64,000 bases of DNA from Spirochaetia bacterium (GCA_038204425.1 JBBRCZ010000001.1:192001-256000); one strand, 5' to 3'; counted from the first letter of the stretch, positions 48,077-57,780 are shown. Program-made: numbers and translations. Notes: generated from the sequence alone by a model not told the origin.

Positions 48077-49528
48077 ATGTCAAGTTTTAACGCCATTCCT
48101 AAAGTGTCAATTTCGGTCGAGGATCTCAATCGCGCAATCGAAGAGTTCTATTTGCCCCGCCATTTGGTCAGAGCAATTCGGGACATTGGGCACATTCCTG
48201 CACATAGTCAGGAAAGCCACGTTGGAGTGGGTTTTATCGACATTGCCGACTACACCTACTTATCAAAATTCCTCAGCCCCAAAGAAAATCAAATTCTACT
48301 CAATGGCTTGTATACAGCATTTCAGATTGTGCTGGAACGACACCATGGCTTCCTAAACAAAATTGAGGGCGATTCATTGATGTTTCATTTTGACGACATC
48401 ATTAACAAGCAACTGTGGAAACTCAATAAGGAAGATCGGCTTGCCAGCATCGCGCGTTCACTTTTTTATACCTGCGTAGAAATGCAAAGGGTCTGTGTAC
48501 TCTTTAATCAAGCAAACGATCGATTTGTTGATGACACAGCAAGTGAAGAAGCGCGCCAAGCACTAAGAGACGCCTTTGCGATCATCAGCACTATCCGCAA
48601 TAAACATGATCTTTCGTCCACGCTGTTTGCTTTTTTTCAGATTAGAATAAGAATTGGAGCCAATTTGGGCGAAGTCACGATTGGAAATTTTGGTCCGCAC
48701 GGCGCCAAACACTGGGATGTAATTGGTCTGCCCGTTATCAACGCCAAAAGAATGGAATCTACAGCCCCTGTTGGTGGATTGCGTATTGCTGAAGACTTTT
48801 ACAAAATTTTAAAGCAAATTGGTGTAGTAAAAGACTACCATGAGAGATTTAAACGCGAAGCTGTTTTAATGAATAGTGTTTACAAATCCATTAGTGAGGA
48901 AGAACTTTTTTCTTATCGTGAAGTGGTTATTCACGAAAAAAAAGGTGCTTCTTTTAGGACCTACAGTATTCAAGTAAATCCGGCCTTACCTGAGACCATG
49001 GCTGCCCAAGTCAAACAATTGCTCAATCACGGTCAACTTGGCGTTAAGCGAATCTTGGAGTTTATCAAATACTATCGCGGAAACCGCTATGTGATGGATG
49101 CCATTGAAAGCCTGTTTAAGACTATTGGGATAGAAATCTACTTAGAAGAGCTATTGGAGCTTATTCACCCCAAACGCATCCAGATGCTGCGCAGTAAAGC
49201 TATCAAAGAGAATGCAGATCTGCATAGTCTTACTCAGAAAGAATACTCGCTTTTTGAAGTGCTTGCGTTTATGGATAGATACCAAGATCAAGTTCAAGTG
49301 AAGCTCGATGACCAAAAAATAGCAGGCTTTGTATCGTACCAGAGCACCATGAAGCTTCAGCGCGAAGCGGTAGTCAAACGCTATGAACAGCAAAAACAGT
49401 TGATGGTTCAACGAACCTATTTTTATGAAGTAGTGCATCCGCTGGTTTATATGAGCATTGAGAACAGTATTTATGAGTTTCAAAAGAAAGAGTTTGAACC
49501 GCTGGATGTGGAAAGTCTTGAAGGGTAG
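48077..49528 (+). CDS. class III adenylate/guanylate cyclase domain protein (soluble)
   Basis: Motifs FIDIADYT, KIEGDSLM, RIRIGANLGEV, WDVIG, AKRMES. Confidence 0.85.
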   Translation: MSSFNAIPKVSISVEDLNRAIEEFYLPRHLVRAIRDIGHIPAHSQESHVGVGFIDIADYTYLSKFLSPKENQILLNGLYTAFQIVLERHHGFLNKIEGDSLMFHFDDIINKQLWKLNKEDRLASIARSLFYTCVEMQRVCVLFNQANDRFVDDTASEEARQALRDAFAIISTIRNKHDLSSTLFAFFQIRIRIGANLGEVTIGNFGPHGAKHWDVIGLPVINAKRMESTAPVGGLRIAEDFYKILKQIGVVKDYHERFKREAVLMNSVYKSISEEELFSYREVVIHEKKGASFRTYSIQVNPALPETMAAQVKQLLNHGQLGVKRILEFIKYYRGNRYVMDAIESLFKTIGIEIYLEELLELIHPKRIQMLRSKAIKENADLHSLTQKEYSLFEVLAFMDRYQDQVQVKLDDQKIAGFVSYQSTMKLQREAVVKRYEQQKQLMVQRTYFYEVVHPLVYMSIENSIYEFQKKEFEPLDVESLEG

Positions 49529-49531
49529 CGC

Positions 49532-51304
49532 CTAGTCTTTTTTGATGGTTTTGCCAAACGCAGACCAAGCAGTATCCTTTTCTTGATTTGAATAGTTTCG
49601 ATCCTTTTTTGGCGCCGCTGTAGCGATCACTTTTGAGCTGCTCGTTTTTTTGTTGTTGGAGGCGTCAATGCGTTTCCTCCGAGTCTCGGCTTCGTCGCGA
49701 CGTTTTGCTTTCTCGTCTTTTGTACTTGAACCAGCTCGAGTGCTGGTTCCGTGGTCAGAATTCATGCGAAACGAGCCAGAAAACTCGTCAAATTTGCCCT
49801 TTATACTTTCATATTTGCCACTAATCTTAAGTATGATCTGCCTAATAATTGATAGTCGAAGCCAAGCAAACTTAAATAGGTCCTGAATATTTAGTCCAAA
49901 AAGTTGGTGATAGTCCCTAAAACGAATTTTGTCTGGGTGAAAAAATGGCGTGAGACTGGTTTTGAGGTCGTCACTTGATTTAACATCTCTATGTTTTTTT
50001 ATTGACAAGATAATTGCCTCAGCAACCAAATTGGGGCGTTGCAGTAGCTCAAACAATGCTGGATCAATTACTTTGACTTGTTCGGCGATGTCGCTGTCAA
50101 AGTTGTCTTTTGAATAGAAGACCGAGGCAGGACCCTCGCTTGGTCTCTTTAGATAGTGATCCATGTTTTTTATATATATGGCAAAGAGATCTTTTCCTAT
50201 TCTTTCTAAATTGTGAATAAAATAAGCGTGCACATTATCTTGGTGTATGTAAGCTCGACCTAGATGTACCAAAACAGGGAGTGATTTTCTTTCAGGAGCC
50301 TGTAGATAGAGCGTTTCAAAAACTTTTTTGAACTCTACAAAGTTGTCTTCATACTTCTTCTTGTATGAAACCAAAATGTCAGCAAATTCATCTTCGCTTC
50401 TAAAGTAACCATTTGCCGTACGCATAAACTCAAGAATGGTTTTCATATCAAGGGCTCGATCTTCGTCTGCTTTTCTACGCTTTTGTGACTCGGCAGCCTG
50501 AGCGTACAAAAAACTCTTAAAGAAGCCGATCACCGGCCAAACTTGATTGTCTAACTTAATCTTGTTGTTTTGTTTGATAACGTCGTGGTGCTCCGAAAGG
50601 TTTTCGGTAAATTGTAGCCAGAAGCTAGGATCTCTTCCTTCTAGCTGACGCTTTAGCTCCATAAGTGCTTGGTTTCGCAGCTGAGCAATGTAGCTCGCCA
50701 AAGTGGTATTTTGAAAAACGGCTTGAAGCTTTGCCAAAACGATGGTGACAAATCTTTTGACATTGTTTGAACTTATAAGAAACGTGCAGCCTTCGACGGT
50801 AAGTTCGTATATGGCACTCTCTTCAGGTTCCCTTGTAGCATGGTTGCGAGCAAGGTTGGCAAAATCTGAAACGGTTATATGAACTGAGGGGATCTCTATC
50901 CCTTTGAGCTGCAGAATGTCTTTGCTTGGTAGTGGATTTAGAATACTGGCAACTACATCGGTTAGTTCTTCTTCAAGAACTTTTTGGTAAAAAAAGAAGT
51001 CGTCTGGATTGCAGAGTGTGATTGAGTACGGCTTGCGCTCGTTTTCTTGCACCTGAGTCATCAAAAGGCCCGATTTGCCATTTCGCAATTTCTTCATTAG
51101 TGACTCAATGTCTTTTTTGGCATTGACAGACTCTGAGGAAATTATTCCAAGTACGGTTTGATAGTTGATGGAAGGAGCCCACATGCGAACTATGCGATGA
51201 AAAATTTCTCGTTCGCTTGGGCTAAAGTTTCCTATTTGAGACAAAAAGGCCTCGCGGCCTTTGTTATCGTAAGTGATATAATCAGGTTGGATCGCTACGG
51301 ACAT
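49532..51304 (-). CDS. hypothetical protein (helical, charged C-tail)
   Basis: ~590-aa ORF; TGn-TATAAT lies 7 nt before ATG 51304. Confidence 0.75.
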   Translation of the reverse strand: MSVAIQPDYITYDNKGREAFLSQIGNFSPSEREIFHRIVRMWAPSINYQTVLGIISSESVNAKKDIESLMKKLRNGKSGLLMTQVQENERKPYSITLCNPDDFFFYQKVLEEELTDVVASILNPLPSKDILQLKGIEIPSVHITVSDFANLARNHATREPEESAIYELTVEGCTFLISSNNVKRFVTIVLAKLQAVFQNTTLASYIAQLRNQALMELKRQLEGRDPSFWLQFTENLSEHHDVIKQNNKIKLDNQVWPVIGFFKSFLYAQAAESQKRRKADEDRALDMKTILEFMRTANGYFRSEDEFADILVSYKKKYEDNFVEFKKVFETLYLQAPERKSLPVLVHLGRAYIHQDNVHAYFIHNLERIGKDLFAIYIKNMDHYLKRPSEGPASVFYSKDNFDSDIAEQVKVIDPALFELLQRPNLVAEAIILSIKKHRDVKSSDDLKTSLTPFFHPDKIRFRDYHQLFGLNIQDLFKFAWLRLSIIRQIILKISGKYESIKGKFDEFSGSFRMNSDHGTSTRAGSSTKDEKAKRRDEAETRRKRIDASNNKKTSSSKVIATAAPKKDRNYSNQEKDTAWSAFGKTIKKD

Positions 51305-51370
51305 AGACATTATTATATCATGTCGGCTTGGATTGAAGAACAGAACAGCAAAAAAAACAAAGATCTCGCA

Positions 51371-51814
51371 CTATTGACTCGAGCTGAGATCCAAAAGCAT
51401 GCCGTTTACTCTAACTTGGTGGCTTATAGTAACGCTTGAGCGAAGCATTGCCTGAACCGAACAGTACTTGTTCAGGGCAAGATCAACGGCCCTCAATACC
51501 TTATTGCTATCAAGTTGTCCTTCTAGCTTAAACAAGAGATTGATTGTTACAAAGACGGCCGGTATTGCTGATTCGTCACGTGTGCCTTCTACTTCAACAT
51601 TCAATTGGTCTAACTGCATGCGTTGCTTTTTTATAATCTCTACTAGATCCATTGCAGCACATGAAGCCAAGGCACTTAGGACCAATTGCATTGGTCGCAA
51701 GCCAAGACCCTGTCCGCCTATGCTAGGGGAGCCATCCACCGAACAATGTTGGCCTTCTTCATTGCTTGCTTCAAAGTGAACCGCGTCATTGACGCGTCTA
51801 AGTTGAATTTTCAT
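51371..51814 (-). CDS. OsmC/YhfA-family protein
   Basis: Motifs RPMQLVLSALASC and KYCSV; SD AAGGGA fits ATG 51814. Confidence 0.88.
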   Translation of the reverse strand: MKIQLRRVNDAVHFEASNEEGQHCSVDGSPSIGGQGLGLRPMQLVLSALASCAAMDLVEIIKKQRMQLDQLNVEVEGTRDESAIPAVFVTINLLFKLEGQLDSNKVLRAVDLALNKYCSVQAMLRSSVTISHQVRVNGMLLDLSSSQ

Positions 51815-52026
51815 AGTGACCATTCCCTTGAGGGGTTATTTGCCCAAATTTTGTCTATATTGAAGCACAAATATACCTAAGTGTACTTATAATGTATATC
51901 AAGTTGTCCAAAAAAAAGCCGGCTCATTATTGAAGCACTGTCATGGTCAAGGTATTATGGTGCAAGAAGTACATTGGGCTGATAAGCCTTTCGACTATTT
52001 CTTGTCTACGCATCCAAGGAGGAAAC

Positions 52027-54741
52027 ATGCAACACAGAAAAATCAATGATAAATGGGGTCTACTCAAACCACTGCAAGGTTTTGAAGCTCATACCAGCTA
52101 TATTAGTTTGAAAACAGCCAAGGAAAAGAATCTTGCCAACGTGGAAAAGTTTCCTTGGTCGATTAGGATCTTATTTGAAGGTGTTTTAAGGAACTATAAC
52201 GGAAAAGAAGTTACCAATGAACATGTTGCCGCTTTCAGCAACTATGATCCCAAAAAACCGCTTGATCTGGAGTTTCCGTTTATGCCGGCCAGAGTTCTGC
52301 TGCAGGACTTTACAGGCGTTCCATGTGTTGTTGACTTGGCAGCTATGAGATCAGCTATGGCACGGCTTGGAAAAGATCCATCTTTGATTAACCCACAATT
52401 ACCGGTCAACTTAATAATCGATCATTCTTTGAGCATCGACTACTTCAACAGTCCGGACGCCATGAAAAAGAACACCGATCTTGAGTTTCAAAGAAATCAA
52501 GAACGCTACAACTTTTTAAGGTGGGGACAAGCCAACCTTAAGAACTTTACCGTAGTTCCACCTGCTTCAGGAATTTGTCATCAGGTAAACTTGGAGTATT
52601 TAGCCAAAGTTGCTCAACACACCGAATTGGACGGCGACAAAAAGATTGCCTTTTTTGACAGCTTGGTGGGGACCGACAGCCATACTACGATGATAAATGG
52701 CCTGGGCGTTCTTGGTTGGGGCGTAGGTGGAATAGAGGCCGAAGCAGCAATGCTGGGCCAACCAGTCTATATGCTCTTACCACCAGTTGTAGGAGTACGA
52801 TTGACAGGAAAGCCAGGAAGCGGCATTACCTCAACTGACATTGTTCTGAGGTTAACTGAACTGCTGCGTAAACACGGTGTTGTAAACAAGATTGTGGAGT
52901 ACTTTGGACCGGGCATGGAATCCATGAACGTGCCTGACCGCGCGACTATTGCCAACATGGCGCCAGAATATGGTGCAACAGCCGGTTACTTTCCAGTCGA
53001 TAAAAAATCCCTCGAATATCTTTACCAAACCGGTAGAGACGAACAGCAGATAGCTCTTGTAGAAGCCTATTACCGCCAACAAGATATGTTCTGGACCAAA
53101 GACAGTCCAGTCGCAGAATATGAAACTGTTTTGGAGCTGGATTTGGCAACCATAAAAGCCTCAATTGCCGGGCCCAAACGGCCTCAGGATAGGGTGCAGC
53201 TGGAAAATGTGGCCCAGTCTTTCAAACAGGCTCTCAGCGATGGACTTGATGTACGTGGTTTTGCCCTAAATCCGGCTGAGTTAGATGCCAGCGGCCTAGC
53301 ACTAAATGAGCAGGGCGTTGAGGTAAACTTAAAACACGGTGATGTTGTTATTGCATCAATTACCAGTTGCACCAATACTAGTTCCCCAGCCCTGCTTTTG
53401 GGAGCTGGTCTACTTGCCAAAAAGGCCATCGAACGTGGGCTTAAACGTAAACCTTGGGTAAAGACCAGTTTTGCACCTGGTTCAGTTGTAGTAACTGAGT
53501 ACCTGATCAAGGCCGGGCTGATGACCTACCTTGAACAACTTGGCTTCTATCTTGTTGGTTATGGCTGCGCAACCTGTATTGGTAACTCGGGTCCATTGCC
53601 AGAAGGCATAGCCAAAAGTATCGAAGCCAACAAGATCGTTGCTGCGGCAGTTCTATCGGGCAACCGAAACTTTGAAGGCAGAGTAAACCCAAGCACAAGA
53701 GCAAACTATCTCGCGTCACCTCCGCTGTGTGTTGCCTATGCGCTGGCAGGAAATATGGGTGTCGATTTGAGTCGCGATTCACTTGGTACTGATAACGAGG
53801 GTAAGCCAGTCTACTTGTCAGAAATCTGGCCCGATGACAAAGAGTTGGCCGAATATATCACCAAAGCTTTGGATAGAGAGAGCTTTATCCAAGCATACAC
53901 TGATATAGAAAAGTCCAACCCTGTCTGGAACCTGCTAGAAACAAGCAACAATCAGATTTACGAATGGGACCCAAACTCCACCTATATTCAAGAGCCACCG
54001 TTCTTTGATTCGTTAAGTTCTGGTGAAGGAAGCATCGCCGCCATAAAGAATGCAAGAGTTCTTGCTATTTTTGGCGATTCGATCACAACTGACCATATTT
54101 CTCCTGCAGGAAGCATAGCCACCAAGAGTCCCGCTGGCGAGTACCTACAAGCCAAGGGTATTATTCGCCAAGATTTTAACTCCTATGGCAGCAGACGTGG
54201 CAACGATAGAATTATGACAAGAGGCACCTTTGCCAACATTCGCTTGAGAAATACCATGGTGCCCGGTGTTGAAGGTGGCATAACTGTCGATCATGAAACA
54301 GGCAAACAAACGAGCATCTATGAAGCCGGTACCAAGTACAAACAACAAGGAATTGCTTCTATAATTTTGGCTGGCAAAGACTATGGAATGGGTTCGAGTA
54401 GAGATTGGGCAGCTAAGGGTGTGATGCTTCTGGGCGTAAAAGCGGTAATAGCAGAAAGCTTTGAGCGAATTCATCGGTCAAACTTGGTTGGCATGGGAGT
54501 ACTTCCATTGCAGTTTGCTGGGAACGAAAGCGCGCTAAGCCTCGGCTTGGATGGCTCTGAAATATTTTCAATAGAAATTGATGACACCATTGTTCCAAAG
54601 AGCAAACTTATCGTTGACGTTCAAAAGAAGGATGGAAGTACACTTAAGGTTCACGTGATCGTGCGCATCGATAGCGCCGTTGAAGTTAGCTATTACCGCA
54701 ATGGCGGAATTCTTCAGACCGTTTTAAAGAACTATCTCTAG
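52027..54741 (+). CDS. acnA: aconitate hydratase A
   Basis: Motifs QDFTGVP, GTDSHT, SCTNTS, CATCIGNSG, TTDHISP, GSSRDWAAK; SD AGGAGG before ATG 52027. Confidence 0.97.
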   Translation: MQHRKINDKWGLLKPLQGFEAHTSYISLKTAKEKNLANVEKFPWSIRILFEGVLRNYNGKEVTNEHVAAFSNYDPKKPLDLEFPFMPARVLLQDFTGVPCVVDLAAMRSAMARLGKDPSLINPQLPVNLIIDHSLSIDYFNSPDAMKKNTDLEFQRNQERYNFLRWGQANLKNFTVVPPASGICHQVNLEYLAKVAQHTELDGDKKIAFFDSLVGTDSHTTMINGLGVLGWGVGGIEAEAAMLGQPVYMLLPPVVGVRLTGKPGSGITSTDIVLRLTELLRKHGVVNKIVEYFGPGMESMNVPDRATIANMAPEYGATAGYFPVDKKSLEYLYQTGRDEQQIALVEAYYRQQDMFWTKDSPVAEYETVLELDLATIKASIAGPKRPQDRVQLENVAQSFKQALSDGLDVRGFALNPAELDASGLALNEQGVEVNLKHGDVVIASITSCTNTSSPALLLGAGLLAKKAIERGLKRKPWVKTSFAPGSVVVTEYLIKAGLMTYLEQLGFYLVGYGCATCIGNSGPLPEGIAKSIEANKIVAAAVLSGNRNFEGRVNPSTRANYLASPPLCVAYALAGNMGVDLSRDSLGTDNEGKPVYLSEIWPDDKELAEYITKALDRESFIQAYTDIEKSNPVWNLLETSNNQIYEWDPNSTYIQEPPFFDSLSSGEGSIAAIKNARVLAIFGDSITTDHISPAGSIATKSPAGEYLQAKGIIRQDFNSYGSRRGNDRIMTRGTFANIRLRNTMVPGVEGGITVDHETGKQTSIYEAGTKYKQQGIASIILAGKDYGMGSSRDWAAKGVMLLGVKAVIAESFERIHRSNLVGMGVLPLQFAGNESALSLGLDGSEIFSIEIDDTIVPKSKLIVDVQKKDGSTLKVHVIVRIDSAVEVSYYRNGGILQTVLKNYL

Positions 54742-54750
54742 GCAAATCGT

Positions 54751-54785
54751 TGAAGGCTCCGTTTCGAAATGCTTCGGAGCCTTCA
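54751..54785. terminator. 11-bp perfect inverted repeat after acnA
   Basis: TGAAGGCTCCG-13 nt-CGGAGCCTTCA, starting 10 nt after the acnA stop. Confidence 0.6.
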
Positions 54786-54789
54786 TACC

Positions 54790-55170
54790 ATCGGCTTTTA
54801 GAAGCTCCAGCATCAATGCTCCATAGTACGGGAAGGCCAGCGCTGGCCTTCCTGCAAGAACTATCGCTGTATCTTGAACCAAACCATGTTCTTGCCCGCA
54901 ACGAAAGTTAGTCCAAAAGCAATCCCTTAAGTTGTTGTTGTTAAGAAAAACAAAATTGTTGGCTAAAATTATTTTACCATCACTTCTAAGCAGACCCGCG
55001 CCTGCAATGCCAATCGCGTGCCTGAGTTGTATGCAGAACAAAGCATACGTCGTAGTTTCTTGGTCAATCACATAGTGTTCAAAATTAACAAGTTGCAGAT
55101 TTGGATCAAATAGTCCCAGCTTAGTTCCTGATCCGGCTCCTATATCAATAGCTACAAAAAATCGGCCCAA
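54790..55170 (-). pseudogene. internally deleted ROK-family (sugar kinase) relic
   Basis: AIDIGAGSGTKLG and IGIAGAG are present; NDAN, GTGIGG and Zn motifs are absent; frame runs into the acnA hairpin. Confidence 0.55.
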
Positions 55171-56426
55171 ACTAAGCCTTGTCCATTTTCAATCCCGCGC
55201 CTAAGTTCCTTGCCAAGAATCTTAGTTAAGAATCTTGGATGTATACCTGGCCGTAACAGTTTCTCTGTTCTTAAGATTGCAAAGTCACTTGCTTTGATAA
55301 TAGTGTTTGGTTGGAGCTCTTTTACAGCGTGTAGAGAGCGATTGCTGCGACCATAGTTGTCCTGTTCTGCCAATGCTAACTGTTTTACACCATCGCCAAG
55401 AATCGCACTAATTTTTTCCTCATCAAAGCGTATGTTCAACTCATCAAATATTTTTTGAACAAAAAATATTGCCGACAGTTTTGAGCTCAGTTCAAAATTG
55501 TTTTCGTCACGCGTTTTGGTTTGTTTTAGAACAAATTCTGCTTCTCGTACCGACTTGGTCATTTTCTTGAAAGCTTGCGGATTAAGCGCAATCGGATCAT
55601 CTAGACCAGAGCTATCGTTGCTAAGGGTAAAGTGTTTTTCAATCATGCGGGCACCGAGAACTGTCGAAATAGTTGGAACCAAGATTGGGTCTAGACTATG
55701 GTCTGAGATCCCTGTTTCTACACCAAATATTTGTCTTAGACTGCGCAAGAGCAGAAGATTGTACTGATCTTCAGGTGCTGGATATGAAGTTATGCAATGC
55801 AAGAGCGTAATCTTTTTTAGTTGACTTCTTTCAATAGGCAAGAGCGGACCGTAGTCATTGACTACACTTTGTGGTGCGGTTAATTCCTTGCTTCGCATCA
55901 GCTTCATAGTCTCGCTAGGGTGGAGCAGGGGAAGGTACTGAAGTTGTCCAGCACGAGCCAACCTAACCGTTTCCAAGGCCTCTTCTATGTCTGATAGTCG
56001 ACTGACCCCTGACGATAATATTAGCTCATTGTGGGTGTAGGCACAGTACTCAAGCAAGGTAAGATGGTTTAGCTCAGGACTAGCAATTTTAAAACGTTCT
56101 GCTCCAATCGTAAGTAGCTCTTGAGCACTTCTAATGCCAAATGGACTGCATAAAAAAGACAGGTCAATACTTTCGGCATGTTGCTTCAAGCGTAAAAAAA
56201 AATCGGGCCCTTGCTCAAGTTCCCTAAAGCGCTCAAAAAGAGCAATCTTGCCGCCAGGTAGGGCAACGGTTCCTGTTGCAGGATGTACAATTTCATCAGC
56301 GTAGACCCACTGAAATTTTACCGTATCGGCCCCTGCTTCCTTAGCAGCATCAATCATAGCAAGAGCCGTTGCGAGTTTGCCCTGATGAGAGGTTCCAATT
56401 TCGGCGATTATTTCAACTTGGCTCAT
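55152..56426 (-). CDS. NeuB/SpsE-family nonulosonic acid synthase with SAF domain
   Basis: Motifs IIAEIGTSHQG, VKFQ, KIASPE, LHCITSYPA, GISDHS, IEKHFT. Confidence 0.9.
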   Translation of the reverse strand: MSQVEIIAEIGTSHQGKLATALAMIDAAKEAGADTVKFQWVYADEIVHPATGTVALPGGKIALFERFRELEQGPDFFLRLKQHAESIDLSFLCSPFGIRSAQELLTIGAERFKIASPELNHLTLLEYCAYTHNELILSSGVSRLSDIEEALETVRLARAGQLQYLPLLHPSETMKLMRSKELTAPQSVVNDYGPLLPIERSQLKKITLLHCITSYPAPEDQYNLLLLRSLRQIFGVETGISDHSLDPILVPTISTVLGARMIEKHFTLSNDSSGLDDPIALNPQAFKKMTKSVREAEFVLKQTKTRDENNFELSSKLSAIFFVQKIFDELNIRFDEEKISAILGDGVKQLALAEQDNYGRSNRSLHAVKELQPNTIIKASDFAILRTEKLLRPGIHPRFLTKILGKELRRGIENGQGLVWADFL

Positions 56427-56450
56427 AACGCCTCCTCTACGGTACTGAGT

Positions 56451-57728
56451 CTATTTTCGTGGCTTGATCAAGTCAAAACCACAATAGGGTTGCAAGTTCT
56501 TTGGAATCCTAACACTACCGTCTGCCTCTTGAAAATTTTCTATCACGGCGATTATCGCACGACTCACGGCAATAGCTGTACCATTGAGCATATGGACGTA
56601 AGTCTTTTTGCCCTCTGAATCTTTGCTTTTACAGTTGAGTCTTCTGGCTTGATAATCGGTGCAGTTGGAAGTAGAAGTCACCTCGCCAAAATCGCCATCT
56701 CCGCGGCCTGGCATCCAGGCTTCAAGATCAAACTTGCGATAGGCAGGTGCGCCGAGGTCGCCGGTACAGGTATCTACTATTCTATAAGGAATTTCAAGGC
56801 CTCTGAAAATCTCTTCTTCTATAGTTCGTAGTTGCATATGTATTCGATCCGAGTCTTCAGGTCGGCAATAAACGAACATTTCCACTTTGCTAAATTGGTG
56901 AACGCGGTAAAGACCCTTGGAAAACTGGCCTGCAGCACCAGCTTCGCGTCTAAAACAATGAGAAAGGCCAGCATACAAAAGTGGAAGTTCTTGTTCATTC
57001 AGGAGCGAGTCTGCGTGATAGCCACCTAAGGTGATTTCAGCCGTTCCTACTAAACATGTTCCTGTTCCTTCAAGGGAATAAATGTTGCTTTCGGCTCCGC
57101 GTGGATTAAATCCTACGCCGAGTAAAACCTCTTCTTTGGCAATGTCAGGAGTGATAAATGCAGTAAAGCCATGCTTGGTTACGATGTCCAGTGCATATCT
57201 AATCAGGGCCAATTCCAGAAAAACACCTTCATTCTTTAAAAAGTAGAACTTGGTTCCCGATACTTTGGTACCAGCCTCAAAGTCGATGATGTCTAGTTTT
57301 TCACCCAACAGAACGTGATCAAGGGGCGCAAAATCAAATTTCCGAATCGTTCCCCAGCGCGCTATTTCTTTATTGTCACTGTCAAGTTTTCCAATTGGTG
57401 CATCTGGATGGGCCATATTCGGAATTTTGGCCAGTTCTATTTTATAGAGGGTTTCGATTTCTTCTAGGTTTGATTCAAGTGCAGGAAGTTGCTCCTTGAT
57501 AGACCTGCCTTCTTCGATTTGGGCTTGTCGAGCAGTCGCGTCCAGCTGCCCCTTCATTTTGCCGGCGTGTTCATTTCTCTGGGCTCGCAAAACATCAATC
57601 TGATGAATGAGCAAGTTGCGTTGTTCGTAGAGTTCTAACACTTTGTCGGGATCGGCGTTCATACTGCGATTGGCAATATTTTCCTTAACGGCAGTTAGAT
57701 TGTCATGAATATATTTTATGTCAAGCAT
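56451..57728 (-). CDS. serS: serine--tRNA ligase
   Basis: Motifs GTAEI, FRREAG, RVHQFSKVE, SNCTDYQARR, HMLNGT. Confidence 0.97.
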   Translation of the reverse strand: MLDIKYIHDNLTAVKENIANRSMNADPDKVLELYEQRNLLIHQIDVLRAQRNEHAGKMKGQLDATARQAQIEEGRSIKEQLPALESNLEEIETLYKIELAKIPNMAHPDAPIGKLDSDNKEIARWGTIRKFDFAPLDHVLLGEKLDIIDFEAGTKVSGTKFYFLKNEGVFLELALIRYALDIVTKHGFTAFITPDIAKEEVLLGVGFNPRGAESNIYSLEGTGTCLVGTAEITLGGYHADSLLNEQELPLLYAGLSHCFRREAGAAGQFSKGLYRVHQFSKVEMFVYCRPEDSDRIHMQLRTIEEEIFRGLEIPYRIVDTCTGDLGAPAYRKFDLEAWMPGRGDGDFGEVTSTSNCTDYQARRLNCKSKDSEGKKTYVHMLNGTAIAVSRAIIAVIENFQEADGSVRIPKNLQPYCGFDLIKPRK

Positions 57729-57734
57729 GGGCGC

Positions 57735-57766
57735 ATGATAGCTCGAGCAGCTTGTCTATGACAAGC
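57735..57766 (-). promoter_or_regulatory. internal leaderless promoter of serS
   Basis: TTGTCA-18-TATCAT, 6 nt before ATG; palindrome GCTTGTC-tat-GACAAGC over the -35 box. Confidence 0.55.
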
Positions 57767-57780
57767 ATGGCTGATCAGCT

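Noticed and set aside
46422..49528. Pycsar/CBASS-type defence call for the cyclase
   Set aside because: Adenine-type specificity residues, no cNMP-binding TIR/TM effector adjacent, and housekeeping context; not fully excluded.
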